In this document: piece after piece, positions 1 to 9,308 of the stretch | Numbering within the stretch: the stretch's first letter is position 1 | Layout of the letters: each line of letters begins with the position of its first letter | Assembly: GCA_025363815.1 (NCBI GenBank) | Contig: JANYLB010000025.1 | Coordinates: 1,581-65,580, forward strand | Reading direction: 5' to 3' | DNA: 64,000 nucleotides | DNA from: Actinomycetes bacterium | GTDB lineage: Bacteria; Actinomycetota; Acidimicrobiia; IMCC26256; JANYLB01 | The notes under the pieces: model-generated | What the model was told of the DNA's origin: nothing | The model's database searches: none | What the model saw: the letters and a program-made list of their open reading frames with translations, nothing else | Translations under genes and position numbers: made by a program

Positions 1-762
1 CCGAACGGGTTGGCGATCGGACCCGACGGTGGCGCCTTCGTCGCGAACAGCGGGGGTTGGTCCTTCCAAGAGATCGCCGGGTTCACCATTACCGAGGCGT
101 ACCAGCCCGACGACTACTCGGGCGGTCGCATCGAGCGGGTCGACCTCGACACTGGCGCGGTGACCGTGCTTTACACCGAGTGTGACGGCAACCAGCTGAA
201 GGGGCCGAACGACCTCGTGTTCGATGCCAACGGCGGGATGTGGTTCACCGATCACGGCAAGATCCGGCGTCGTGAACGTGACCACGGCGGGGTCTATTAC
301 GCCGATGCCGACGGCTCGTCGATCACCGAGGTCGCGTACCCGCTCGAGTCGCCGAACGGCATCGGACTCTCGCCCGACGGCGACCGCCTCTACGTAGCTG
401 AGACCTTCACCGGTCGGGTGATCTGGTGGCCGGTCGATGGGCCGGGACGACTCGGGAAGCCGAACCCGATTGGTCATGGCGGTTTGACGCTCGCGGGCCT
501 CGCCGGTCACCAGCTCTTCGACTCGCTCGCGGTCGACAGCGCCGGCAACATCGTTGTCGGCACCCTGGTGAACGGTGGGCTCACCGTGATCTCGCCTCAG
601 GGCGAGGTGCTCGAGCACATCGCACTGCCCGACCCGCTGGTGACCAACGTGTGCTTCGGCGGCGACGACCTCAGCACCGCGTTCGTCACTTGCTCGGCCA
701 CTGGAGCGCTGGTGTCGTTTCCGTGGCCGCGCCCGGGACTCGCCCTCGCGTTCTCCTCGTAG
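1..762 (+). CDS. SMP-30/gluconolactonase/LRE family protein (5' end outside window)
   Basis: The frame is open to the window edge (PNGLAIGPDG...). Beta-propeller type motifs are GPNDLVFDANGGMWFTDHG and SPNGIGLSPDGDRLYVAE. Stop at 760-762. Confidence 0.75.
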   Translation, partial: PNGLAIGPDGGAFVANSGGWSFQEIAGFTITEAYQPDDYSGGRIERVDLDTGAVTVLYTECDGNQLKGPNDLVFDANGGMWFTDHGKIRRRERDHGGVYYADADGSSITEVAYPLESPNGIGLSPDGDRLYVAETFTGRVIWWPVDGPGRLGKPNPIGHGGLTLAGLAGHQLFDSLAVDSAGNIVVGTLVNGGLTVISPQGEVLEHIALPDPLVTNVCFGGDDLSTAFVTCSATGALVSFPWPRPGLALAFSS

Positions 763-904
763 CCGAGCCCCGAGCTGTCCCTGAAGTCTCTTGTGTCCAT
801 TTGGTCGGGTGCACGGAGCGACGGCATGTGACGTAGCTGTCATCCGACGCGTAACGTCACCGACCGGCCGAGTCGGCCGAGCCGTCGGAGCACAGGAGCG
901 AACC

Positions 905-2047
905 GTGTCGGGACCGTTGCAAGGCGTGAAGATCGTCGAGATCGCAGGGATCGGGCCCGGTCCGTTCGCGGCGATGATGCTCGCCGACATGGGCGCCGAG
1001 ATCGTTCGGGTCGATCGGGCCCAGTCGGTCAGCGGCAATTTCGATCGACAGAACCTCGAGATCCTCAACCGGGGTCGGCGTTCGATCGGTGTCGACCTCA
1101 AGCAGCCCGAGGGAGTCGAGACCGTGCTGCGACTGGTCGAGCAGGCCGATGCCCTGATCGAGGGCTTCCGGCCCGGCGTCGCCGAACGGCTCAACATCGG
1201 TCCGGACGCGTGCCTGGCTCGGAACCCCAAGCTCGTCTACGGGCGCATGACCGGTTGGGGCCAAGACGGCCCCTACGCGCAGGCCGCCGGACATGACATC
1301 AACTACATCGCGCTCGCCGGCGCGCTCGCGCACTTCGGCCGGGCCGGTTCGAAGCCCACTCCACCGATCAACGTCGTCGGCGATTTCGGTGGCGGCGGAA
1401 TGCTGATGGCGTTCGGGATTGCGTGTGGCCTCGTGGAGTCGGGCCGTTCCGGTCAGGGCCAGGTGATCGACGCCGCGATGGTCGATGGTTCGGCCGCGCT
1501 CATGGCGATGATGTGGGGTTTCCAGGCCCTGGGCGGGTGGGGCGAGTTCGGCACCAACGTGCTCGACACCGGCGCGCCGTTCTACGACACCTACGAGACT
1601 GCCGACGGGAAGTACATCTCGATCGGCGCGCTCGAGCCGCAGTTCTACGCCGAACTGGTGAACCGGATCGGCATTGCCGACGAGGTCGATCTCGCGCGCC
1701 AGATGGATGGCACGACGTTTGCGGAGTTCAGAGAGAAGTTCACCGTGCTCTTCAAGACCAAGACGCGTGACGATTGGTGCGAGATTCTCGAGCACACCGA
1801 CGCGTGCTTCGCACCGGTGCTCACGATGGCCGAGGCTGTCGACCACCCGCACATCAAGGCCCGCAAGACCGTTGTGAACGAGTTCGGTATCGATCAACCC
1901 GCGCCGGCGCCGCGGTTCAGTCGTACCCCGGGCGAGATCCAGGGACCGCCCGCATGGCCGGGCCAACACACCGACGACGTGCTGGCCGACTGGGGCTTCC
2001 CGGCCGACGAGGTCGCCAAGCTTCGCGAAGCAGGAGCGATCAAGTAG
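905..2047 (+). CDS. Family III CoA-transferase (CaiB/BaiF; alpha-methylacyl-CoA racemase-like)
   Basis: ORF 791..2047, with the start placed at GTG 905 behind AGGAG. The N-terminal GVKIVEIAGIGPGPFAAMMLADMGAEIVRVDR is typical of the family. Confidence 0.85.
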   Translation: MSGPLQGVKIVEIAGIGPGPFAAMMLADMGAEIVRVDRAQSVSGNFDRQNLEILNRGRRSIGVDLKQPEGVETVLRLVEQADALIEGFRPGVAERLNIGPDACLARNPKLVYGRMTGWGQDGPYAQAAGHDINYIALAGALAHFGRAGSKPTPPINVVGDFGGGGMLMAFGIACGLVESGRSGQGQVIDAAMVDGSAALMAMMWGFQALGGWGEFGTNVLDTGAPFYDTYETADGKYISIGALEPQFYAELVNRIGIADEVDLARQMDGTTFAEFREKFTVLFKTKTRDDWCEILEHTDACFAPVLTMAEAVDHPHIKARKTVVNEFGIDQPAPAPRFSRTPGEIQGPPAWPGQHTDDVLADWGFPADEVAKLREAGAIK

Positions 2048-2115
2048 CCGACAACCTGCGACCGGGATCGATTCTGCGCGCCTCGCTCTCCACCTACCGC
2101 CACGAGTTCGGGCGC

Positions 2116-2784
2116 GTGGCGATCAGCGCGCTCGTGGTGTTCGGCGCGCTCGGAGCAATCGACGTCGAGGCTCAGGTCGCGTTCGACCAAGGGTGGGGAC
2201 TCGGCGTGGCCAAGCTCGCGTTCGCGTTTGTTCTCGTCACACTCGGCGCAGCCGGCTCGGTGTTCTACCCGGGGCTGCTGGACCGCATCGTCGGGGTCGA
2301 GCACGGCCACAACGACCGCCAGTCGATTTCCACCGTGTTGCGTACGCTGCCCTACGGCCGGTTGATCGTGGCCGAGGTCGTCCTGTTCACCGCGACCACG
2401 ATCGGGTTGGCGTTGTTCTTCGTTCCCGGCCTCGTCGCCTTCACGCTCTTCGGCTTGGTCGGACCCGTGATCACGATCGAGCACCGCGGTGCGATCAGCG
2501 CCTTCATCCGGTCGGCGCGCTTGGTCCGCCCGCACTTTTGGTTGGTCTTCGTTCTGGTGACGTTGCCGATCGGGCTTGAGCGCGTCATCGAGGAGCAGAT
2601 CCACCACCTGGTCGCGAACCAGCCTTTTCTCGTCCGCTTCGCGAGTCACGGACTCATCGGCGTGATCATCGGATCGGTCGTCGGCCTCGTCGAGGTGCAC
2701 CTCGCCTTCCGACTCAGCGGGCGCTACCAGGAGGGCCTTCCCGTCAGCCGTCGTCGGGGGGAAGAATCTTCCTCAGCGAGCTGA
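2116..2784 (+). CDS. Hypothetical polytopic membrane protein
   Basis: This is the tail of ORF 1774..2784 beyond the stop of the previous gene and contains several hydrophobic helices. The start is uncertain; GTG 2116 is the first canonical start after 2047. The 3' end overlaps convergent purK by 41 nt. Confidence 0.5.
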   Translation: MAISALVVFGALGAIDVEAQVAFDQGWGLGVAKLAFAFVLVTLGAAGSVFYPGLLDRIVGVEHGHNDRQSISTVLRTLPYGRLIVAEVVLFTATTIGLALFFVPGLVAFTLFGLVGPVITIEHRGAISAFIRSARLVRPHFWLVFVLVTLPIGLERVIEEQIHHLVANQPFLVRFASHGLIGVIIGSVVGLVEVHLAFRLSGRYQEGLPVSRRRGEESSSAS

Positions 2785-3871
2785 GACGCGACTCGAGCGT
2801 GGCCGTGTCGTCGGCGACCACCGTGACATGACCGATCTTGCGTCCTCGGCGCGGCTTCTTGCCATAGCGATGGAGGTGCGCGCCTTCGACGGCGAGCACG
2901 TCGAGGGGGTTGGGCAGAGTGCCGATGCAGTTCACCATGGCGCTCACTCCCAGCGGCTCTGTGCTACCGAGCGGCCATCCGAGCACCGCGCGCACGTGGT
3001 TCTCGAACTGGCTCGTGACCGCGCCCTCGATCGTCCAGTGGCCGGAGTTGTGGACCCTCGGGGCCATCTCGTTCGCGAGCAGCCGGTCGCCGACCTGGAA
3101 GAGCTCGACGGTGAGCACACCCACGTAGCCGAGATCGTCGAGGATCGCGATGGCATAGCCCCGCGCGGTAGCTTTGATGGCCTCGGTGAGATCGGGTGCG
3201 GGTGAGCCCGAGACACGCAGGATTCCATCGACGTGGTGGTTCTCGACCAGCGGCCAGGTCCGGGTGTCGCCGTCGACGTTGCGCACCGCGAGGATCGAGA
3301 GCTCGCGGTCGAACGGTACGAAGGTTTCGATGATCAACGGACCCTCGGCACCGAGCTTGTTCCACGCGGGCGTCGCGTCACCAACTTCGCGCAACACCAT
3401 CTGGCCCTTGCCGTCGTATCCACCCCGTCGTGTCTTCAACACCGCGGGAAGACCGATCTTCGCGATCGCGGCGTCGAGCCCGGCGCGGTCGTCTACTGGA
3501 ACGAAGCCGGCCGTCTGGATGCCGAGGGCTGCGAATCGGCGCTTTTCCGTGAGACGGTCCTGCGACACATCGAGCGCCGCGGGAGGCGGCCACACCGCAG
3601 TCCCGGCATCGATGATCAGGGCCAGCGCAGCCGCGGGTACGCCTTCCCATTCGTAGGTGACGACGTCGGCCCCCGCCGCGGCCGCAGCGACCGCGTCGGG
3701 GTCCCCGAGCTCGCCGACAACCAGCGAACCGATGGTTCCCGCGCCGGCTTCGGCCGACGGGTCGAGGAACCGAAACGTCACGCCGAGGGGCACACCCGCG
3801 AGACCGAGCATCCGGCCGAGCTGGCCGCCGCCCAGAACCGTCACCAATGGGTTCGCAGCGGAAGCGGACAT
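2744..3871 (-). CDS. purK: 5-(carboxyamino)imidazole ribonucleotide synthase
   Basis: ORF 2744..3985, with the start moved to the internal Met (MSASAANPLVTVLGGGQLGRML). ATP-grasp PurK pattern; about 375 aa. Confidence 0.9.
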   Translation of the reverse strand: MSASAANPLVTVLGGGQLGRMLGLAGVPLGVTFRFLDPSAEAGAGTIGSLVVGELGDPDAVAAAAAGADVVTYEWEGVPAAALALIIDAGTAVWPPPAALDVSQDRLTEKRRFAALGIQTAGFVPVDDRAGLDAAIAKIGLPAVLKTRRGGYDGKGQMVLREVGDATPAWNKLGAEGPLIIETFVPFDRELSILAVRNVDGDTRTWPLVENHHVDGILRVSGSPAPDLTEAIKATARGYAIAILDDLGYVGVLTVELFQVGDRLLANEMAPRVHNSGHWTIEGAVTSQFENHVRAVLGWPLGSTEPLGVSAMVNCIGTLPNPLDVLAVEGAHLHRYGKKPRRGRKIGHVTVVADDTATLESRLSSLRKILPPDDG

Positions 3872-4122
3872 CGGCGCTGTTGTAGCAGCTCCGAGCCGTC
3901 GCTCCCGGCCCGGCCGGATCCGGTTGACGAAATCTGGCGACCGAATCCAATCGAGGTATCCGATAGGGAGATGCTTCGATCTCAAGGATATGCTCCTCGA
4001 CTCGCGACAGCGCCGTCGTCCAATCGATTTCCCGTGGCAGAGCCGGGTCTCTGGGTGACGCGCAGGCCGCTCGCCGGTCCTTGGTGTGCCACGGGGTCCA
4101 GAGCGAAAGGGAGCCCGTACCA

Positions 4123-7100
4123 GTGAGTCAGCCCGACCACGGTCGTCGACGGCGCAGTCACCGCCAACTGGTCGAGCTCGACTCGTGCGGCATCGGTTTC
4201 GTCACCCACACCTCGGGTGAGCCGAGCCGGGAGATCGTCGAGCTCGCGCTGAGGGGCCTCGCGTGCGTGAAGCACCGCGGCGCGATCGCGGCCGACGGGC
4301 TCTCCGGCGATGGTGCAGGGATCCTGGTGCCGATTCCGCGGGTGTTCTTCAAGCGCATCGTCGCCGAGGTGACCGGGCGCGATCTACCCGCGGAGCGGAT
4401 CGGCATCGTGAACGCGTACCTCGACATCGACGACGCTGAGGCCCGAGCCGTGGCCGAGGCGGCGGTCGCCGACTCCTGCGCCGGCGAGGGGCTCGAGCTC
4501 GTGGGCTGGCGCGATGTTCCCATCGATACAGCGCAGGTCGGTGAGAGTGCCCGAGCCGATCTTCCCGCGATGCGACAGGCGTTCCTGGCCCGTCCCGCCG
4601 GAGTCGAGATGGCCGAAGCCGAACGCAGGGCCTACCGCGCCCGTCGGGCGGCGGAGGCGAGCTGCCGTCACGCCGATGTGCGGGCCTACTTCGCGAGCTG
4701 GAGCTTCCTGACGGTCACCTACAAGGCGCTCGTCATCAGCGACAGACTCACCGCGTTCTACCCCGATCTCGCAGCCGACGATTTCGCCGCGTCGCTCGCG
4801 ATCTTCCACAGCCGATTCTCGACGAACACGATGCCCGCATGGGAGCGCGCGCAACCCTTTCGGCTCCTGTGTCACAACGGCGAGATCAATACGGTGCAAG
4901 GCAACGAGAACCGAATGGTGGCGCGCGGGGTACTCGGAACCGAGGTGGCGGGGCTCGGACCGGAAGAGCAGTTCCGCCCGCTGTTCGATCCCTACGACTC
5001 CGACTCGGGAAAGCTCGACGCCGCGATCGAGTTGCTGATGCGGGGTGGGCGTGACGTTCGCCACGCGATCGCGATGACCGTTCCGGAAGCGTGGGAGGGT
5101 CAACGCGACCTCGCGCCCGGCGTGCGTGACTTCTTCCGCTACCACGCGTGCCTGAGTGACCCGTGGGACGGACCCGCAGGGTTGGTGTTCACCGACGGGC
5201 GCAGGGTTGGCGCCGCGCTCGACCGCAACGGACTCCGCCCCATGCGTTGGCAGGCGTGTGAAGACGGCCTTGTCGTGTGCGCGTCGGAAATTGGCGCGGT
5301 TCCGATCAAGGGTCATGGTTCCGTGCGGCGCGGGCGCCTCGGGCCGGGCGAGATGCTGTGCGTTGACCCTGACGCCGGTGGTCTCCAGGGCGACGACACC
5401 GTCAAGCGCTGGCTCGCCGGGCGCGCGCCATACGCCGAGTGGGCTGCCGACGGGCTTCGCCCGTTCTCGTCGGGTCGGCCCCTGGACGAGACGCCAGAGG
5501 CCGACGTGCTCCTCGCGCACCAAGGTGCGTACGGCGTCACCAAGGAGGAGGTGGCGATGGTTTTGAAGCCCATGGCTGCCGACGCGAAGGAGCCCACCTT
5601 CTCGATGGGCGACGACGTTCCGTTCGCCAGCGCGTCGTCGCGCCCCCGCCCGTTGTTCAATGCGTTGAAGCAGCGCTTCGCCCAGGTGAGCAACCCTCCT
5701 ATAGATCACCTACGCGAGCGGTTGGTGATGTCGCTGCGCACGTGTCTCGGCCCCCGCCGCCCGCTCCTCAGCGAGGGACCCGAGGCGGCGCGCCTGCTCG
5801 AGCTCCAGACGTTCTTCCTCTACGCCTCCGCGGTGGAGATGTTGCTCGATCCCGATCTCTCTCCGTTCGCTGCCGAGCGTCTCGACGCGACGTTCCCCGT
5901 GGCCGAAGGACCTGCCGGCCTGCGGCGGGCGCTCGAACGCCTTGCCGACGACGCGGAGCGCTCGATCGAGATGGGCATCTGTGTGCTCGTCGTGTCCGAC
6001 GCCGGCATCGACGCGACGCGTGCGGCCATTCCGTCGCTGCTCGCGACAGGGGTGGTTCACCACCGCCTGGTTCGGGCCCACCGACGCCAGAACGCCTCGC
6101 TCGTGATCGACAGCGGTGATGCCCGTGACACGCACGCAATTGCTGCGCTGCTCGGCTACGGCGCCGACGCGATATGTCCCCGGTTGGCGCTCGAGACCGT
6201 CGCGGCCCTGGCCGACGATGGCCAGCTCGGCGAGCTCCACGCGGCCGAGGCCCAGGCCAAGCTCCAGGCAGCGCTTGAAGACGGCGTGCTGAAGATCTTT
6301 TCCAAGATGGGGATCTCCACTGTCGACGGCTACCGCGCCGCGCAGATCTTCGAGGCCCTCGGTCTCGCGCACGACGTGATCGACCTGTGCCTGTCGGGAA
6401 CGACCTCGACTGTGGGTGGCATCGGCTTTGATGCACTCGGCGCCGACTCGATAGCCCGGCATGAATCTGGGTTCCCGGCCGACGAGGTGGTGCTCGACGA
6501 GCCCGGTCTCTTCCGATTCCGCAAGCGCGGTGGTGAGTACCACGCGAACAACCCCGAGATCTTCGAGGCGCTCCATCGGGTGAGCGGTGTAGCCAAAAGC
6601 GACGAGTTGACCGGAGCGAAGAAGCTCGAGACCGTGCCTCTTGCCCCTGTTCACGATCAGGGGCGGGTGATGTTCCTCGAGTCGGCCGCGCAGGTGCCGC
6701 CGCCGCCGCCGGCCCCCGATCCTGTCGACGTCCGTGCCGCGCACGTGCTGCAGCGCGCGATCGGCGAAGGTCGAGGCGATCTCTACAAGACGTTCGCCCG
6801 CTTGGTCGAAAGCCGTCCTGTGGTCGAGCTCAACGACCTGCTCGACTTCGCGCCGAGCGGAGCGACGGTGCCGATAGACGAGGTCGAGCTCGCGAGTGAG
6901 ATCGCGCGACGGTTCTCGACCGGGGCGATGAGTCACGGCTCGTTGTCGAAAGAAGCGCACGAGACCCTTGCCATGGCGATGAACCTGATCGGCGGCAAGA
7001 GCAACTGCGGAGAAGGCGGCGAGGACCCCTACCGGTACCGCACGCGGGGGAGTGCCCAAGACAAGAACTCGCGCATCAAGCAGATCGCTTCAGGGCGCTT

Positions 7101-8781
7101 CGGAGTGACGCCCGAGTACTGCATGTTTGCCGACGAGCTGAACATCAAGATCGCGCAGGGATCCAAGCCCGGTGAGGGTGGGCAGCTGCCCGGTCACAAG
7201 GTGAGCACCGAGATCGCCCGCCTCCGCCATACCCAGCCCGGTGTCGGGCTCATCTCGCCGCCGCCCCATCACGACATCTACTCCATCGAGGATCTCGCGC
7301 AGCTCATCTACGACCTGAAGCAGGTGAACCCCACCGCCGAGGTGTCGGTGAAGCTCGTAGCCGAGGCCGGGGTGGGAACCATCGCCGCGGGCGTGGTCAA
7401 GGCGCTCGCCGACATCGTGCAGATATCGGGCGCGAACGGCGGCACCGGCGCCTCACCTCTGTCGTCGATCAAGAACGCCGGTCTCCCCTGGGAGCTCGGG
7501 CTCGCGGAGGCGCAGCAGACCCTGATCGACAACGGGTTGCGCGACCGAGTGAAGCTCCGGGTCGACGGTGGGTTCAAGACGGGCCGCCACGTGCTCATCG
7601 CCGCGCTGCTCGGGGCCGACGAATACTCGTTCGGAACCGCGGCGATGCTCGCAGAGGGATGCATCATGGTGCGCGCGTGTCATCGCGACACCTGCCCGAC
7701 CGGCATCGCGACCCAGCGGCCGAATCTGCGGGCCAAGTTTGCCGGCACCGCTGAAGGCGTCGCCACGTACATGCTCTTCATCGCAGAGGAGGTGCGCGAG
7801 CTGCTGGCGTCGCTCGGTCTGCGGTCCGTTGACGAGGCGATCGGTCGCGTTGAGCTGCTCCGTCAGCGTGAGACCACGAACGAACGGGCTAACACCCTCG
7901 ACCTTTCGCCGCTGCTCGGGGTGCCAGACGACCCGGGTGCGACCCGTCGCTTCGTCACCCACGTCCCGATCCAGCGACCGCGCTCGGCACTCGACGAGCG
8001 GCTCCTCGTCGAGGGGTTCCCCGCGTTGTGGGCCGGTGACGACATCGAGCTCCACTACGAGATCACGAACGCCGATCGCACCGTGGGCGCGTCACTGGGT
8101 GGAGCAGTCGGCCTCGAGTGGGGCGAAGCACTCCCGGCGGGCTCGGTCATCGCGCGCTTCACCGGCACCGCGGGTCAGAGCTTCGGTGCTTTCTGCGGCG
8201 ACGGCGTGACCCTCGACCTGCACGGCGAGGCGAACGACTACCTCGGCAAGGGCATGGGTGGCGGACGGGTGATCGTGCGACCACCCGACGACGATGCCGG
8301 AGAGCCTGTGCTCGGCGGAAACACCGTGTTGTACGGCGCGACCGGCGGGCAGGTCTTCATCGCGGGCCGGGTGGGCGAGCGCTTCTGCGTGCGCAACAGC
8401 GGTGCGACCGCCGTCGTCGAAGGCACGGGCGACCACGCGTGCGAGTACATGACCGGTGGCACGGTCGTGATCCTCGGCCCTGTCGGCTACAACCTGGGCG
8501 CGGGCATGACGGGCGGCGAGGCGTACATCTACGACCCCGAGGGTCTCCTCACCACCCGGCTTAACCGCCAGCTCGTCGAAGCGGCGACCCCTGACGACAT
8601 CCAGCGCGCTGATCTGCGCTTCCTCGTCGAACGCCACCGTGAGCTCACCGGCTCAGCCCGTGCGTCCGCGATGCTGGATGATTGGGACGAGACCATCCGT
8701 TCGTTCTGGAGGGTCGCGTCGATCGATGAGGTTGCCCGCATCGAACGCGCCAACGAAGGCCGCGTCGGAGACCCCCGCTAA
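4123..8781 (+). CDS. gltB: Glutamate synthase large subunit
   Basis: ORF 4081..8781, with GTG 4123 behind AGGGAG. It has the N-terminal Cys of the amidotransferase domain (SCGIGFV), an FMN domain and the C-terminal GXGXG beta-helix domain. About 1550 aa. Confidence 0.95.
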   Translation: MSQPDHGRRRRSHRQLVELDSCGIGFVTHTSGEPSREIVELALRGLACVKHRGAIAADGLSGDGAGILVPIPRVFFKRIVAEVTGRDLPAERIGIVNAYLDIDDAEARAVAEAAVADSCAGEGLELVGWRDVPIDTAQVGESARADLPAMRQAFLARPAGVEMAEAERRAYRARRAAEASCRHADVRAYFASWSFLTVTYKALVISDRLTAFYPDLAADDFAASLAIFHSRFSTNTMPAWERAQPFRLLCHNGEINTVQGNENRMVARGVLGTEVAGLGPEEQFRPLFDPYDSDSGKLDAAIELLMRGGRDVRHAIAMTVPEAWEGQRDLAPGVRDFFRYHACLSDPWDGPAGLVFTDGRRVGAALDRNGLRPMRWQACEDGLVVCASEIGAVPIKGHGSVRRGRLGPGEMLCVDPDAGGLQGDDTVKRWLAGRAPYAEWAADGLRPFSSGRPLDETPEADVLLAHQGAYGVTKEEVAMVLKPMAADAKEPTFSMGDDVPFASASSRPRPLFNALKQRFAQVSNPPIDHLRERLVMSLRTCLGPRRPLLSEGPEAARLLELQTFFLYASAVEMLLDPDLSPFAAERLDATFPVAEGPAGLRRALERLADDAERSIEMGICVLVVSDAGIDATRAAIPSLLATGVVHHRLVRAHRRQNASLVIDSGDARDTHAIAALLGYGADAICPRLALETVAALADDGQLGELHAAEAQAKLQAALEDGVLKIFSKMGISTVDGYRAAQIFEALGLAHDVIDLCLSGTTSTVGGIGFDALGADSIARHESGFPADEVVLDEPGLFRFRKRGGEYHANNPEIFEALHRVSGVAKSDELTGAKKLETVPLAPVHDQGRVMFLESAAQVPPPPPAPDPVDVRAAHVLQRAIGEGRGDLYKTFARLVESRPVVELNDLLDFAPSGATVPIDEVELASEIARRFSTGAMSHGSLSKEAHETLAMAMNLIGGKSNCGEGGEDPYRYRTRGSAQDKNSRIKQIASGRFGVTPEYCMFADELNIKIAQGSKPGEGGQLPGHKVSTEIARLRHTQPGVGLISPPPHHDIYSIEDLAQLIYDLKQVNPTAEVSVKLVAEAGVGTIAAGVVKALADIVQISGANGGTGASPLSSIKNAGLPWELGLAEAQQTLIDNGLRDRVKLRVDGGFKTGRHVLIAALLGADEYSFGTAAMLAEGCIMVRACHRDTCPTGIATQRPNLRAKFAGTAEGVATYMLFIAEEVRELLASLGLRSVDEAIGRVELLRQRETTNERANTLDLSPLLGVPDDPGATRRFVTHVPIQRPRSALDERLLVEGFPALWAGDDIELHYEITNADRTVGASLGGAVGLEWGEALPAGSVIARFTGTAGQSFGAFCGDGVTLDLHGEANDYLGKGMGGGRVIVRPPDDDAGEPVLGGNTVLYGATGGQVFIAGRVGERFCVRNSGATAVVEGTGDHACEYMTGGTVVILGPVGYNLGAGMTGGEAYIYDPEGLLTTRLNRQLVEAATPDDIQRADLRFLVERHRELTGSARASAMLDDWDETIRSFWRVASIDEVARIERANEGRVGDPR

Positions 8782-8809
8782 CCGATACGGGGTTTCGGAC
8801 GGCAAGAAG

Positions 8810-9301
8810 TCAGGCCTTGTCGCTTGTGTCGAGCTTGCGGTGGAGCCGGTCGAGGGCGTCTCGCAGGTCGTCGCTGGTGACGACATCGGCGAGTGCGATC
8901 CGGATCGACGCGAGCTCGCGGGTGACGAACTCGGCGTCGGCCTGGGTGCGGAAGTTGACCTCGCGATCGCGTTCGGTCTCGCCGCGGTCCCGGTCGGCCT
9001 GACGATTCTGCGCGAGGAGGATCAACGGCGCGGCGTAGGCGGCCTGCAGAGAGAGCGCGAGCGTCAGGAGTATGAATGGGTACGGGTCGAACCGCAGGCC
9101 CGAGATCGCCGCGTTCACGAGGATCCAGACGATCACGATGACTGTCTGGATCACGAGGAACCGGGCGGTTCCGATCGTGCGGGCGATCGTCTCGGAGAAC
9201 TCGCCGAACGCGTCGGGGTCGTAATGGATCCCGAGCGACAGTCGAGACCGGCGCGGCGTGCTCAGGTCGTCGCCTACGCGGATTCGTCTCTGGGGGCTCA
9301 T
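8810..9301 (-). CDS. DUF1003 family membrane protein
   Basis: ORF 8810..9325. Two TM helices are followed by LSLQAAYAAPLILLAQNRQADRDR, typical of DUF1003. Alternative start at 9325. Confidence 0.75.
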   Translation of the reverse strand: MSPQRRIRVGDDLSTPRRSRLSLGIHYDPDAFGEFSETIARTIGTARFLVIQTVIVIVWILVNAAISGLRFDPYPFILLTLALSLQAAYAAPLILLAQNRQADRDRGETERDREVNFRTQADAEFVTRELASIRIALADVVTSDDLRDALDRLHRKLDTSDKA

Positions 9302-9308
9302 GATTTGC

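Noticed and set aside
3921-3950. Possible GlnR-type half-sites (TTGAC GAAAT) upstream of gltB
   Set aside because: The two half-site-like pentamers are adjacent rather than separated by the 6-nt spacer of the described a-site/b-site arrangement. This cannot be supported from sequence alone.
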